A DNA stretch of 64,000 nt from the human T2T-CHM13v2.0 reference genome, Homo sapiens, in NCBI RefSeq assembly GCF_009914755.1, contig NC_060945.1; one strand, 5' to 3'. The notes beneath the pieces were generated by a model, which was not told the DNA's origin, ran no database searches, and saw only the letters and a list, made by a program, of their open reading frames with translations. This document shows positions 1 through 17,984 of the stretch, in pieces (position 1 is the stretch's first letter; the number at the start of each line of letters is the position of its first letter). The translations under genes and the position numbers were made by a program.

Positions 1-172
1 GCTGGGATTTACAGGCGCCCACCACCACAACTGGCCAATTTTTTGTATTTTTAGTAGATACGGGGTTTCAGCATGTTGGCCAGGCTGGTCGCAAACTCCT
101 GACCTCAGGTGATCCACCCGCCTCAGCCTCCCAAAGTGCTGGGATTACAGGCGTGAGCCACCGTGCCCGGCC
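1..172 (-). mobile_element. Alu (AluS-type), cut by the window edge
   Basis: Antisense Alu ending ...gagccaccgtgcccggcc. Confidence 0.95.
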
Positions 173-224
173 GATGGTAGCTTTTAAAGATTCTTCCCAA
201 ATGTTGTACACCACCTGGACACAA

Positions 225-500
225 AATTAAGTTCTGTCTCTGTGGGTTTTCCTATTCTGGACACCTCACATAAATTGAATCACACAGTATGTGGCCTTTT
301 GTGTATGATTTCTTTCTCTTAGCCCAATATTTTCAATATTCATCCATGTCATCACACATATCAGTATTCTTTATTGTCAAATAGCATTCCATTGTATGAA
401 TATACCACACTTCGCTTATCTATTCATCAGTTAACAGGTTTTTACATTGTTTCCAATTTTGGCTGTTATAAATATACTGCTATGAATATTCATGTACAAA
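225..500 (-). mobile_element. L1M fragment
   Basis: ctggacacctcacataaattgaatcacacagtatgtggcc...attccattgtatgaatataccac, typical antisense L1MB/ME 3' region. Confidence 0.65.
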
Positions 501-509
501 TAATTTTTA

Positions 510-1216
510 ACATGTCAAAACTTAAGCTCTTAATTTTCTCCTAGACACTCACTTCTTCTCCAGCCTTTCTCATCTCAGTAAATAACACTACCACCAAACT
601 GCTTAGAACACAAACTAAATTTCTTTCTTAATGATAATTCCTTCAACCCCTCTGTCCCCAGGTCCAGTCAGCTTTGCCTCCAAAACATAGCTCAAATCCA
701 TCACACTTCTTCACTCTCTCTGCTGTCACCTCATCACACCATCATCTCTGCCCTGAGCCACTGCCAGAGCCTCCTCATTGGCTTCCCTCGTCCCACTCTC
801 CTTCCACTCTACAGGGTTATTCCTAAATACCAGCTACTGTGGCCTTTAAAAAATAAAGTGTGTTTTCTCCTAGTTCAAAAGCCTCCAGTAACTTTCTAAT
901 GTTCTTAAGAAAACAAAAATTCAAACCTCTGACCATGATCTTGCTCCTGTGTAATTGTCAAATTTCACCACATCCCATTCTTCTTCCCTTCCTATAAAAC
1001 AGTGAAGAAGATCTCCTTCCACACTGCCTGTCTTCTGCACTGGAACTCCCTGAAGGTAGGCACCTCTTCTGTCTTGTTCACCATTGTATCTCCAGCATCT
1101 TGTATAGTATCTGACTACTACGTAATTGGGACTCAATAAATATCTATCAATCTGTTGAATATATGAATGAATGAATGAATGAATGAATGAATGAATGAAT
1201 GAATGAAATGAATGAA
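510..1216 (+). mobile_element. L2 3' region ending in (TGAA)n
   Basis: L2-type terminus ctcaataaatat...tgttgaat followed by an expanded (TGAA)n at 1164-1216. Confidence 0.7.
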
Positions 1217-1495
1217 TCTTGTGAAGATGATACCAGTACGGAGAAATATGACAGAATTCCAAATACCCTCCTGATGGCAAGATGGAGATCTGATATCTCC
1301 TTGCCCCCAACCAGTCCAGCTCTGTGTTGACATCCTCCCTGGCCTCCCTGACTGTGTAACACTAGTTATTGGACTCTATGTAGACCAAGGATAAACCCAT
1401 AGTAGGCACTGACTCTCCTGGATTCAGGAGGTAGGGTTGTCTTTGGCTTTCTAGAAATGTGTGTTTTGATGGGACAGATAAAAGACAGAACTCAT

Positions 1496-1628
1496 GGCTG
1501 GGCGCGGTGGCTCACGCCTGTAATCCTAGCACTTCGGGAGGCTGAGGTGGGTGGATTGTGGCCAGGAGTTCGAGATCAGCCTGGCCAACAGGGTGAAACC
1601 CCATGCCTATTAAAAATACAAAAATTAT
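1496..1628 (+). mobile_element. Alu left monomer only
   Basis: ggctgggcgcggtggctcacg... ends at the A-rich linker aaaaatacaaaaatta. No right arm. Confidence 0.9.
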
Positions 1629-2798
1629 TGTTAAGGTGTGCCATGAAGGACAGGTGTGATTTCAACAGGTGGAGGAGAAAAAGGATATTTATAAAGAAGG
1701 AACACCAAAGGCAAAGACAGAGCAGAAGTGTCTGGGTTCATTTGGGATTGGTGAGCTAACCTATATAAATTAAGGACAGAGCATGTGTAAGAAAGTTAAG
1801 GAGAACTTTCTGGCAAATGAGTGTCAGAGTTAAGGAAAGGATGGATGGATGTGCAGTACATGTGCAGGACATAGATAAAGAGCAGCTACTAAAATACTTA
1901 ATTGAGGAGATGATGCGATGAGAACTAGCTCAATGTGAATAATGTATTCTAAAGGAAAGCTATGAAGAAAGGGCCATCTCTTAATATTCCATTCTAATCA
2001 TCAATTCAAGAAATAATTGAGAATCTGAGTTAAGTTGGGGGCAATAAAAATGGGAAAAAAAGAAAACAGATTTGAGTGAAACTGGGGAAGAAGAATGTAC
2101 AGAACTTGTTTAGCAATGAAAGGGATGGCAGCTATGAAGAAAAAACATAAATCCAAAGAATCACTCCCAATACCTGGATGAAAGGTGCTTCTAGTAATGA
2201 CAATAGAGGAGTTAAGAGAAGGATTTTAATGGTGAGGGCTCTCTTATGCCAATAGGTTGTAATTAAACATTTGGAAATATAGAAAAACAGCTTAGAAGAA
2301 AATAAGCTAAATATCATAATCAGAGCTTCATCTTCCTAGAGGTGATACTTCAAGGAATGTTAGACAGATAGAGAAGACCCACCAGAAAAAACAAAAGGCT
2401 GAGAACAGAACATTGGGGATGCCTAGTTTTAGAGGGATGAGAAGCAAGAGAAGTCAGAGGACTCAGAATCAGAGAGTCAAGGTGTTGGAGCTCATGGAAG
2501 CCACAGGATGTGGGGATTTTCAAGGCAGAATAGTCAACAATGCCTAATGCCACAATAGAGCTGGGGAGAAGGGGGATCAAGAATACTTCGCTGAATTTGG
2601 CAAGAATTTTTTACTGATTATCTTTGAAGGAGAAAAAGGAATAAGGGAAAATCTGTATTGCAAGTGATTAAGAATTGCAGCACCAACACAAAAGTAATAA
2701 ATGTAGACTCCACAGACGCTTAAGAGAAGAAAGAAAAACTATGAGAAAATATAGCTCAAAGAGCATACAAATCAGGGTGGAGTTTTCTGTTATTTGGG

Positions 2799-3116
<318 letters not shown>

Positions 3117-3367
3117 TATTTGAGTATTTTAATACTAAAAGAAATTCTGAATGTTGGAGCTGGAGTAAATACCAGTTTAAACTCCCTCTTCATTTTATAC
3201 ATGAGGAAAGTGAGATTCGGAAAAGAAAGTGAGCTGTCCAATACTGCATCATCAGTGTTGATTTGAGCCTAAAATCAAAATGTGAAGTTCTTGTCCATTA
3301 CAGGTTTGAATCCAACCAACTACTCAACAACAACAACAAAATGTATTCCTTGTCTGCACCTGATATC

Positions 3368-3933
3368 CTATGGTTGGCAGACTCAAAGGCAACCCCCACG
3401 ATCCCTGCAACATAGTGTCCACACCCTTGAGAAATGCCCTCTTGTGAACATGTGTGGAGCCAGTGACTTGCTTCTAATGAACAGAATATGGTGAAGGTGG
3501 CAAGATGTCACCTCTGTGATGACATTATGTAGACTGTAGTGTCTGTCTTGACAAAAGACTCTCTCTCTTGCTCATTTGGTAAAGTAGCCATGCTGCCAAG
3601 ATCCCAAGACCAGGAACTGGAGGAAGCAGCCAGCCAACAGCCAATTAAAAAACAAAACAAAACAAAAAGCAAAAAACCTGAGGTTCTCAGTCCAACAGGC
3701 TATTCCACCAACAATATAAATATGGAAGTGAATCTTTCCCCACTCAAGCCTTGAAGTGAGACTGCAAGCCCAATAGACACTCTGTTTGCAGCCTTCAAAG
3801 AAAACTATGCAGCAGAGAACCCAGAGAAGCTGTGCCCAGAATCTTGACTCCTAAAAATCCTGAAATAATCAGTGGATGCTGTTTTAAACTACTAAGTTTG
3901 CGGTAATATTGTTACACAATAGAAAAGTAACAC
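3368..3933 (+). mobile_element. MLT1-type MaLR LTR
   Basis: Typical MLT1 motifs (gtgacttgcttctaatgaacagaatatgg; ttttaaactactaagtttgcggtaat...ttacac). Confidence 0.7.
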
Positions 3934-5604
3934 AACATGCACGTGTGCATACAGTGCAGACCCAACCTGTCACTGATACAATTGGCTCCAAACTTTATCG
4001 CAAATCCATTCACATTTCTTTATCTCCATGGTCACCAGCCACCAAAGGAAGTAGCTCTTGGCTCCCTACACTTTCTGCTTCAACCTTGAGGTGAATTTCT
4101 CATCTGCACACTGCCAGGCACAAGAAAGAAGGAGCACAAGCCAGCTCACCCAGCCCCTCCTGAGAAGCTGTCCTCACCACTGCACCAGGCTATCAAAGTC
4201 TCCCGCACCTGCCCCAGCAGATCTGCGCATGCCCAATCCTGTGTGCTTTCTGTCCTTACGGAATTTCATATTTCTGCTGCCTTCTGACGGCAATCTTTTG
4301 TTCCAGGATTGTTACAATTTATTCCTTTTAAAGAAATTATCTTTTCTATCATTTCTAGGTCTGTGGCGAGAGAGTAGAAGGCAGACTCCTGTGTTCGGTC
4401 TGTCATTTTGATACAATAGTCTTTCCAGGGTAATTGTCATGATGTCATGCTGTCTCAAAAAAAAATCCATTTACAGACATTTTTTACTGTAACTAAAGTC
4501 TAACAGGGATTTTTTACAATGGTTCTTGTAAGTACTATGCAGCCACTACAAATTATATGTATAAGGAATGTTTAATGGTGTTGCCAAATGCTCATACTGT
4601 AATGACGTTATAAGACAGTATAGAAAGTATATTGAAGTTTCATCCTCCTTGAGGTGAAATGTTAAGCCATGTGAATGAATGATGTACACAAGAAAACAGA
4701 AGAGGGCTGAGAACAGACCTCAGGAAATCTCCAGGAGACTGAGACAGACAAAGAATTAGAGAGAGAGAAAGCTGTAGACAGAGAGAGACAGGCACTAAAC
4801 AAGACTGCGGAAGTCCTGGAAGGCTTCCTAGAGTCGGACCCAGGTGAGCTGATTCTGAAAGGTAAGTAGGAAGGATCCAATAGAAGTGATCAGAGAAATA
4901 ATGGACCAAGGAATGAAGGGAGTAAAAGGAAGAAAATGAGAAAAGCATTTAGACTTGGAGACACTGATGTCACAGAGCCCGGCACACAGCAGAACTCAAT
5001 AAGCATTTTTAATACATTAATAAACTGGTGCTAATTGACTTATTAACAAAATCAAAAAAGTGGCTCAAATAAAATCAACATTGTAGCATTTTTATAGCAG
5101 CCAAACCTGCAATGCGAACCCTGAACTCTTTGAGGAGCCTGGTCCTGCAGCCTAAGCTGGACTCTCTGCTGCCCTCTTGTAGACAGACACCATCACCGCA
5201 GCGCTCGCAGCAGTCAATGAGTCACTTGTATGAGTCTTCTAACTTTGAAGCTACCCGTGCTCTCCATCTCAATATCTTCACAGGGTGAATACAGACTGAG
5301 GCCAACAGAAAGATACCAGGAAATGGTAGCTCTCAAAAAGCATTATTAAATACATTTAACTCAGCTATGTTTCTGAGGCCCTATCCACCTGTCAGAGTAA
5401 AGGTTGTCCAGAATAATTATCCTGATGATGCTTTTTGCTACACCTTCTCTCTAAATTGCTCCATTCCTTGGTTTTATCACTGAGAAACATGGCATGAGCT
5501 TTAGGCAGGAACTGAGAGATGTCTCTTGGTTCAGTCTAGTCCAAGAATATGTTTTCCCAATTTTCCAAAAATTGGGGGAAAAAACTGATTTTTTTTAATT
5601 CTTA

Positions 5605-7861
<2,257 letters not shown>

Positions 7862-8199
7862 AAAAAACAAACGAACAAAAAAAAAAAAACCAAAAAAAAA
7901 AATCTTTTTTAAAACCCAGGTTATCGGAGCTCATAAATGTGATAAAACAGCAGGCCCTGGATCACCCTACAGTGATTGGTCTTGCAATTCTATGCATTCT
8001 TTCATATATGAATCCATAGAACACTCTTGTCCGTGCACAACAGCTATAGAGAAAAATCAGAACTTTTTCTACACTCGGCTAGATGCTCTCTGTAAAATTA
8101 AAGTTTGAGAGTCAGAAAAATTTGAAGCAAGCTTCAAAACTACCAGTGAACAAATACTTAACTACAGAATTATCAAAAGATATTTTTTAAGTTCTAGTT

Positions 8200-9030
8200 T
8201 TATAATTCAAGAAAAAAATCATTAAATGTATTTAATCATGCAGTCAAAACTGTATATTCTAAATTTTAAAAACTAAATCAAAAGAAAAAGGCAATCTGAA
8301 AACAGAAAACAATGTGAAACAAATGAATCTAACTAAATGTCAAGTCAGTAGCACAACTCAGAATTATTTCAAGTGACTCTGAATCACAGAATGTTGGTTG
8401 GGCACACCTAGAGGTAAAATACCCTCAGATGAAAAGAAATATTTAAAAACCTTCAATTGTATTCAGTAATCTTATTGTTCACAATGACATGTTTTATTAT
8501 TTTGAACTGCCATAGGTAATTATAAGACAATGTAAATGAAAAACTAAGATTTTCAGCTTAAGAGGAAAAAAAGAAGTTTAAAAATCAAAGAAGTAAATGT
8601 GAATTTGAAATATCAGAAAAGATTCACTATTTATGTTTCTCTTTCAAAAAAATACAGATCCCCTGGCTCTGTTTATTAAAACTGTCTGTAATGACAACTC
8701 AGTAGCAATGTGGACTCAGCATCAAGACTATGTGCTCTTAATGTCAATTTATATCAATAGGAAAGAGCTCCTTAGGAAAATTACTACTTCCAGGTCTGGA
8801 GGAAGAAATGCATGAAATGAGCTTGAACCACCTGTGCCTGAAAGCACATGAGCTGTCAAAGACACCTGAAGTCACAGCAAAAGGACAGAAGGCAACCTGA
8901 GAGTATTCCTACTGGCCAAAGTTGGCATAACATAAGCACAAAAATAAAAATTACTACAATGGGTTGAGAAAAAGATTTGTTTTAATTCCATGAATTGTTA
9001 ATGATACACAAATAAGTGAACTGGTAACAT
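8200..9030 (+). mobile_element. Old L1M (L1MC-like) 3' region
   Basis: A-rich diverged sequence resembling an L1MC 3'UTR. Boundaries approximate. Confidence 0.45.
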
Positions 9031-9200
9031 TTGGAGGTTTTATAATAAAATTTAATAAAAATAATACAACTACCTATCATTGTATTTATTTCAAGAGCCA
9101 TTGACTTCTGAGAGTCCCATCTCTTCTCTTTTTTTTCCCTAAGTATTGACACTTCACACAAATATTTACTAGCTTCTCATCATCCATAAAATAATACTGC

Positions 9201-9277
9201 ATTGGTGCAAAAGTTATTGCAGCTTTTGTCATTGAAAGTAATGGCAAAAAACCACAATAACTTTTGCACCAATCTTA
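9201..9277. mobile_element. MADE1 (Hsmar1-derived MITE)
   Basis: About 77-bp palindrome ttggtgcaaaagt...gaaagtaatggcaaaaa...acttttgcaccaa matching MADE1 terminal inverted repeats. Confidence 0.9.
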
Positions 9278-9445
9278 ACAGATGAAAATTACATAATTCC
9301 ACATTTTTATGCTGTACACAGGATTTGAGTCTGAATGAAATAAGTACTTGTATCATGTCTCAAACTAAATATGTAACTTCTATGAAAACATTTAGACCAT
9401 GACAAATATTAATGAAGAGCATGTATTAAGCAAAATTAAATAGAA

Positions 9446-9597
9446 GTCAGGCATGGTGGCTCATGCCTAAGATCCCAGCACTTTGGGAGGCCGAAGCAGG
9501 AAGACTGCTTGAGGCCAGCAGCTCGAGGTTACAGTGAGCTATGACCGCACCACTGTACTCCAGCCTGGGCAACAGAAAGAGATTATGTCTCCAAAAT
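9446..9597 (+). mobile_element. Alu monomer (FAM/FRAM-like)
   Basis: Single about 150-bp unit running from an Alu-like start to a right-arm end. Confidence 0.8.
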
Positions 9598-10007
9598 GAA
9601 TAAATAAGCAGAAAGATGTACACTTACTTTTACATAACTAAGGAGAAGAAAATGGCAAACTATTTCGGAAGGAAATTTAGGATATTAGACACCAAAAGGA
9701 GAACTCTGTAATTTATTAATGATTTTTAAATAGATAAAATGGCAGTTCTATGCCAAAAGAGAGGGCAGTTAAACCAGGGCATCAAAGAACAGTGGCCCAT
9801 TCTGTGGGCTGTCTCATATGGAGCATGAGAAATACAAATCAGTGGTTTACAATTAAATGGAAGGTTATATTTCCTTAAAATAATTCATTGCCAACAGTGA
9901 ATCAATGAACCATAAAAGTTTTTAGAAAGCTTAACAGAGTTTATTTTACAATGGCTTTATTTCAAAGATATGAATAGAAGTTAATCTAAAAAACAGTTCC
10001 CCCGCTA

Positions 10008-10325
<318 letters not shown>

Positions 10326-12817
10326 TCATACAAACCTGTCTTGCACATTAAAATCTTCACTACTTTTAGTGAAAAGTTTAACAGGAACTCAAGCATAATA
10401 GAGTGACACGGTATGTTACATCTTTTTAATAAAGGAGAAAGATGTATTTCATTTTCCAATATCCTCAGAAACTCTCTTCTGCATCTTGTCTCATAATAGA
10501 AAAAAGCAATTGACAAAAAGATAATGTTATGCTTTTTATATTTTTACATGTACTCTGCAAGTCATTCATTCATTTTCAAAATACTAAGAAACACTGCAAT
10601 CTTATCCTTTTATTTCCTTTCAAAGAAATATAAAACTTGTAAAACATCCTTCCACATAAATGCTCGAATTTCAAGGAGTTATTAACAAATGAACCATCAC
10701 ATCTGTTCAAACAGGAAGCCAAATTTTGTGAACTCTAAATCAATATGCAAGAAAAAAAGAAAGAAAAGAAAAATTTTCTTCTGTACTTTTAGTAAAGAAA
10801 TATCAAATGCCAAGATCAGAAATAACTTAAAATCTTATGTCTTTCCTAAAATATCACAATGGCTTCTAATATCTCTCTGATTTCAGACTTCCCTCTTCCT
10901 ACCCATTTTGCAATTGTTCAAATGTGTCTTTGTAAAGCCTTGCGTCATTATGCTATTGGCCTGTTCAACTGCTCTCATCCGTTCCCCATTGCTACTGAAG
11001 TTCAAACTTTTCAATAGAAAATAAAGCCCTCCACAATCTGTCCCCAGCCAAACTTTCCAAGCATATCATTTACTCCCCATTCCTCTTCCATTCTGTGCAA
11101 CGGGGAACTTCAGTGATCACCATTTCCCACATGTGCATTGCTATTTCCTACTCCAATTTTCTACTTTTTATTTCCCCTACTTATTGGAATGACCCCTTCT
11201 CTGAAATCGCCTCTGCCTTTGAGATAGCTTCATTTCAGTCATGATTCAGTTACATGCCACTTCTTCTGAGAAAATAACCTGACCAACTCATCCGAAGTGG
11301 TTTTGCTTACCTCTGAATTCCATTAGCCCTTGTGAGAGCAAATTAGAACCCTTGTTCAAGCAAATGTACCCTTTAAGTTTTTTCTTTACTCTAATTAGAC
11401 CATGAGTTCCTTACAACGAGAATTGCAGACATATTCCTTAGACCTACCTAACTGTGAGTTAGCCAAGCTCCAGTGAAGGAGCAATATACAACAGGAAGAA
11501 AACAGTCCATGCACGCACCCTGTCTAGCTGTACTGGATACCTCCGAATGATTACTCCTTGGCTGAGTTGAGTGACACATATGGACGAAACTTTGGGAAAC
11601 TGAGAAAATTATAAATTAACTTCCCTAAGAACAGGGATAATAAGACATGTTGTAGAAGAAAGAATCCAGAGGGGAAGGAGGCAGGCTAGAGAAATTATGA
11701 CTGAAGAAGGGAGCCAGGAGGAAGCAGAGGAGGAAGACGCAGAGCAAGAAATGAAGAGGTGAAAACACTGGCCATGAGAAGAAACCAAGTGGCAATTCCA
11801 TGGGGAGCGAAATTTGGAGAGGGAAAGACAGATGAAAAGAAGAATTTCAGGAACTTTAGTTGCAAGGTATGCATGTCATCCCCTTCCCTTTATTCTCTAT
11901 CAAATGCCTTGATGTTGAAGTTTGTGGCACTTTTTAAGATGTGGCAATTCGCAAGACTAGCTTTAAGGGTAGCACATGGTAAGAACAGAACTCATACAAG
12001 GGAGTCAGTTTACAATGTATCACAATTAATTCCAGAATAACACTACATTTATATTTGCATATTATTTTGGGGTCCTGGTACACACGCAGACTCTACAAAA
12101 GCTAAATATTAGAAAATTTTATATAAAGTTTTGATTCACTCATTCTCTACTATTAATTTCTTTATCTTTGCAATATTTCTTTATAAAAGGACACTCATCA
12201 GGTATTATTCAAGAAGCACAGTACCTTAACTGCAGGAACAAATGAACACTTGCAGACAATGTTGTATCTAATATTCAGAATTCTGAGAAGCATGATCCCT
12301 TTGCAGAATTGAGCCTGGACAAAGTCTATTTCCACTCCAGTGGGCTGCAGTTTACACTAACAAAGAGCATTACTTTTTGACTAGCTGAGGAATGAATAAA
12401 AAATGAATAAATTAAATTTCTCTGTCTCTAGTCAGAATTACAATTGAGATTAACAGACTTTTAAGTCAGCGAGTTATTTCCATTACTATATTAATAAATT
12501 TGTGTTTTGTCTGCCAAGAATATTTCAAGGCCCTGTGAGTCTCCCACAGAAAACTCTTTTTAAAACTTACCACTAGACTCTATAATTGCTTCTCCTCTTT
12601 TCTCATAAAAATGCCATTCTCTCAGAGCCAAACAATCCCAGTTAGGTATGGACAGCAGGATGTAGGGGTTGGGGAGTGGGTGGAAGACGCTGAATACACC
12701 AATTTTGTGAAATTAACTTATATGACCATTGATCTTTAATTGGTGAAATTTCAGTGACAGAAGGGAATCATTTGGGTGGAAATTTCATTTCCAGGGATCT
12801 TTAAGAGTGCCATAACC

Positions 12818-13131
<314 letters not shown>

Positions 13132-15376
13132 CTAGGTACTATTTCACCTACAGTAAAGTCAACACTGAACAAAAACTTTTAGAAGAGAAATCTGCGTATT
13201 CTATCCTCTCCCCCATTCTCCACTTCCAACAGTAACTGAATTAGCTAGGTCAAAAACTTGGGTGATGAAGAATGCTGACATTTAAGATAGCATACTTGCT
13301 ACTACACTTCGAAGATTAAAAATCTTGAAACTGAAGCTTGGCATAAGACAATAAATCCAAGATCTCACCTAATGGAGCTGTGAATTAATATGTACCATCA
13401 CATCTTAGCAAAGACTTGATCGTCTACATAAAGTATATGCTTTCGACATTCTGCTCATTATTGTCATGTGAGAGTAAATGCTCTGAAGGAGATAAATATG
13501 AAAATGATTCCTTGAGCTGCCTGCAACTGTCAGGCCCAAGGTACACCACTTGAAACAATTTAAATAAGTGAAAAGATGTGAATGCCGCAGTTGCTTTACC
13601 ATCTGTGACCATTTATTAGAAAACAAAAACAGAAAATCTTTACCTCCCTTAAACAGAGCAAACAGAGAAAAATAAATAAACAGGCACCTTTTAAAATGTA
13701 GGAAAGCTGTCCTTGAGCACTTAATATCTAAAGAGATAATTTCTGGATAAAGACTAGCTGGATTCTTAAGAACTATGCATGTGGCTAATGTACTGACAGC
13801 ATCCATTAACTCAAAATTGATCTTTGAAACTTAGCCAGTTCGAAAATGTTATTGCAGAAAACACATCACCAAACACATTAATCTAAGAAGCGCCTTGTCC
13901 ATGATCTGTGACCCCAAGGTCATCAAAACCCATTGTAGCCCAGCAAGGACCAAGGCCCCATGAGCAGCAGCTAATAACATGGACATTGCATTAAAGACAT
14001 TACTAACTGACTGATGAATTCAAATCCATGTTCCCAACTGGTCACAGGGTAGAAGGAAAAGTACACCATCTGGATTGAGCTGACCTAGGGTCAACGTCCT
14101 CCTAATTCGGACACGTGCTAACCAGTTTGTAAACCTCTAATATAGAAATATTATTATTTCAAAAGGACTGTTTGGAGGTTAAATAAGATGATAAGGATGA
14201 AATATGTGTCATGAGCATTAAAATGCAATTTCTTCTTGTCAACCACTCATAATTAACACAAATACTCTAACAACTAACAGTGAATTCTAAAACCCAGTGA
14301 ATTAAATTCCATTTGCATTATATATTTAACCACTAGGGATAAAAAAAAATGTGTCTTGAAATCTCACATCAAAGAGATATTGTTTAGAAAATGAGATATG
14401 GCATAATCTGAAGTGTTGCTTTCTGATACATTTTCATCTTGTTAAATCAGATATGCATTATCCAAAATTAAGAAATTTAAACATTTAAAATCATAAAATA
14501 ATACTTTTAAACATTTAAAATTATTTTTCATCAAGAGATGAAAGTTGAATCAATGAGTAAAATTTTAATAATAATATGTATAACAACTAGAAAAAATAAC
14601 AAAATCAATGAAATTTTTATTGAGTTAGGTAAGCTTTAATAGTCTGTATAATGTGAGGAGACTAAGAGTAGAAATGATCTTTAAGGGTTTGTTATTTCTC
14701 GCTCTTAGGTTTTATTAACAGATTCACAATGGAGAAAATTATACTATGCTTTTGCTAGACAATAGCTGCAGCCACACGGTGAGATCTTGGCATTGCACTT
14801 TAAGAGGTAAATTTATAAATGTTGATGTCATGTAGAAGGACAGAGTGCTTGAAAACACATTTATGTACAAAAAGGTTAAAGAAACTTGGGCTTTTGAGCT
14901 TAGCTTTTAAAAACACAGAAGAAATAACAATTACTTCCAAATATTTGAATAGCTATTAAAATTACTCACAGACACTAGAATTAGAAATAATTGCAGGCAG
15001 CTACAGGAGACTATATGTCATTCATTTTCTGAGAATAGTGAATACTATTAAAGAGGAGGATGGACAACTATTGAATGTCGTTGAAGAGATTTTAATATTA
15101 AACGGAGTAAGTAAAAAGTTACACTACATCATATACAAGGTCCTTCACAACTCAGATTTTATGATTCTATAACTTTTTTTCTCTTAAGCTCAATGTAAAA
15201 CAAATGCAATATATGCAGCTGAAATCTGGCAACAGTCTTATGTGAACCATGTATGCATTTTTACTAGCGTAGCTCTACAACTTAAGGGTGAAATTGGCTT
15301 TGGAACCAGAAAGAAAAAAATTGACTTCGAAAAAATGTCTTCTCACAAACTTGAAATATGAAAAAGTCATCAGTTT

Positions 15377-15392
15377 CACACACACACACACG

Positions 15393-15445
<53 letters not shown>
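15377..15445. repeat. (CA)n(CG)5(CA)n compound microsatellite
   Basis: 69 bp of uninterrupted purine/pyrimidine alternation. Confidence 0.95.
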
Positions 15446-15446
<1 letters not shown>

Positions 15447-15549
15447 ATGTTAAATGTTGTTTCAGGAAATACAGAAAGAGGACCCTTGCTGATGTCCACT
15501 TTGTGGAGTGCCAGGAAACATCCCCATTGCTGACTAAAAATATATGATT

Positions 15550-15722
15550 CATTTTTATGCCAGTATCATGCTGTTTTGGTTACTATAGTTTTGCAGTATA
15601 ATCTGAAACCTGTTAGTGTGATGCTATCTCCAGCTTTGTTCTTTTTGTTCTGGATTGCTTTAGCTATTTGAGGCCCTTTGTCATTCCATAGGAATTTTAG
15701 AATGGCTTTTTTTTTTCTATTA
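15550..15722 (-). mobile_element. L1 ORF2 fragment
   Basis: tttttatgccagtatcatgctgttttggttactatag...ctccagctttgttcttttt matches antisense L1 ORF2. Confidence 0.75.
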
Positions 15723-16809
15723 TCCACTGTGCTATGAGAGAGAACAATTATCCCCTAATCCTCCTGTGTCCTTAAAGACAAAACTTTCACTTCTTGGGGT
15801 GGGGAGTGGAGGTATAGGATAACGCTCCACATTCATTCCTTCTTATTATCTGATTTGATGAGAGTGGGAGAAAGAACTAGGCAGGTTAGGTTCAATTTCT
15901 CCTGGGTTCCCTCTGAGAATATGTATATTATTCTCCTTTGCCACGTGGTTTTCTGTCTGCCCTGATGTGGTAACTTGTGGTTTTCTGGTGCTTACCTGTG
16001 GCTGTGCCCTAAGCATTATTTGGGGGTGAGTGAGAAGAAGCATTAGAGTCCAGGTGTGAACAGGCTGCATTTTCTTATTCATTTCTAGGTAACAAAGCTA
16101 AGACAGTTTCAATAGCCATCTGCTGAGAACCTATGCTTATTTTTTGAAACTGGCTCTAACTAATGCATGAGGGAAAGACATATGATGAATTATTTGCTTC
16201 CAAAACATGCACAAGTTTTGCCCAAATGACAGAAACACTTCACGTTGTATGCAAATTCATGCTGGCATTGTCCAAGTGAGCATGTTTATTTGGGCAGAAG
16301 AAACATCCACTAAACACAAAAAAGCAGCAAAGAGGGAATAGACACATAATAAATTTAGAAAGAAACAAAATAAATCCTTATTCAACATATAGCGATTTTT
16401 GTTCTTTCTGGATTATGCGAAGTTATATATAGTAGCTATTGACTACACTAAGGGAGAAGAGTTCACTTTGAATTTACTATAAATAGATGGATGAAATACA
16501 GCTGGTTTTAAAACTTTACTAAAACCTTACCACAAAACAAAATGATTTTCACTGCCAATGAACAGATTCTACAAGAAATGAAAAGAAAATATTGCACTCA
16601 AGAAGAAAAACTAAAACATTTTTAAATAATTTATTATAGAGAAAAGAAAATGTTAAAGAATGTATATGTTGTAACCTCCATAAAATTCAATTAAATAAAA
16701 ACTCTAGGAAATAAAATATAAACATAAGATAAAAAAAGACAAGATGAGATAAATAGGGAAATTTTCTGAGATGCAAGTTGTAGTGAAAATGTTTCAAATA
16801 ATATAGTAA

Positions 16810-17189
<380 letters not shown>

Positions 17190-17511
17190 AGAACTTTTTA
17201 ATACATTGAATAAAGAGTAGAATTAGCATGATAGAAATAAGTCTGTAATATGAAAAGAACGCTTCAGAAATCTCAAAGGTGGAGGTTAAAAAAATGATTT
17301 AAAAAATAAGAGTAGTCAGTTTCTATTTTCACCTGGAGCTAAATGGACCACAATGGAATAGAGATGATACTAAAATAAAACACACTAAATTTTGAAATAC
17401 TGGCTTCAGTATTTTCAAAACTAAAACATTTGCTTATTGCATTAAAAAGTCTAAAACATTGATGGTAGGCTCATGCACCTGTAAGAGTTATGCAAGAATA
17501 TAAATATGTAA

Positions 17512-17984
<473 letters not shown>

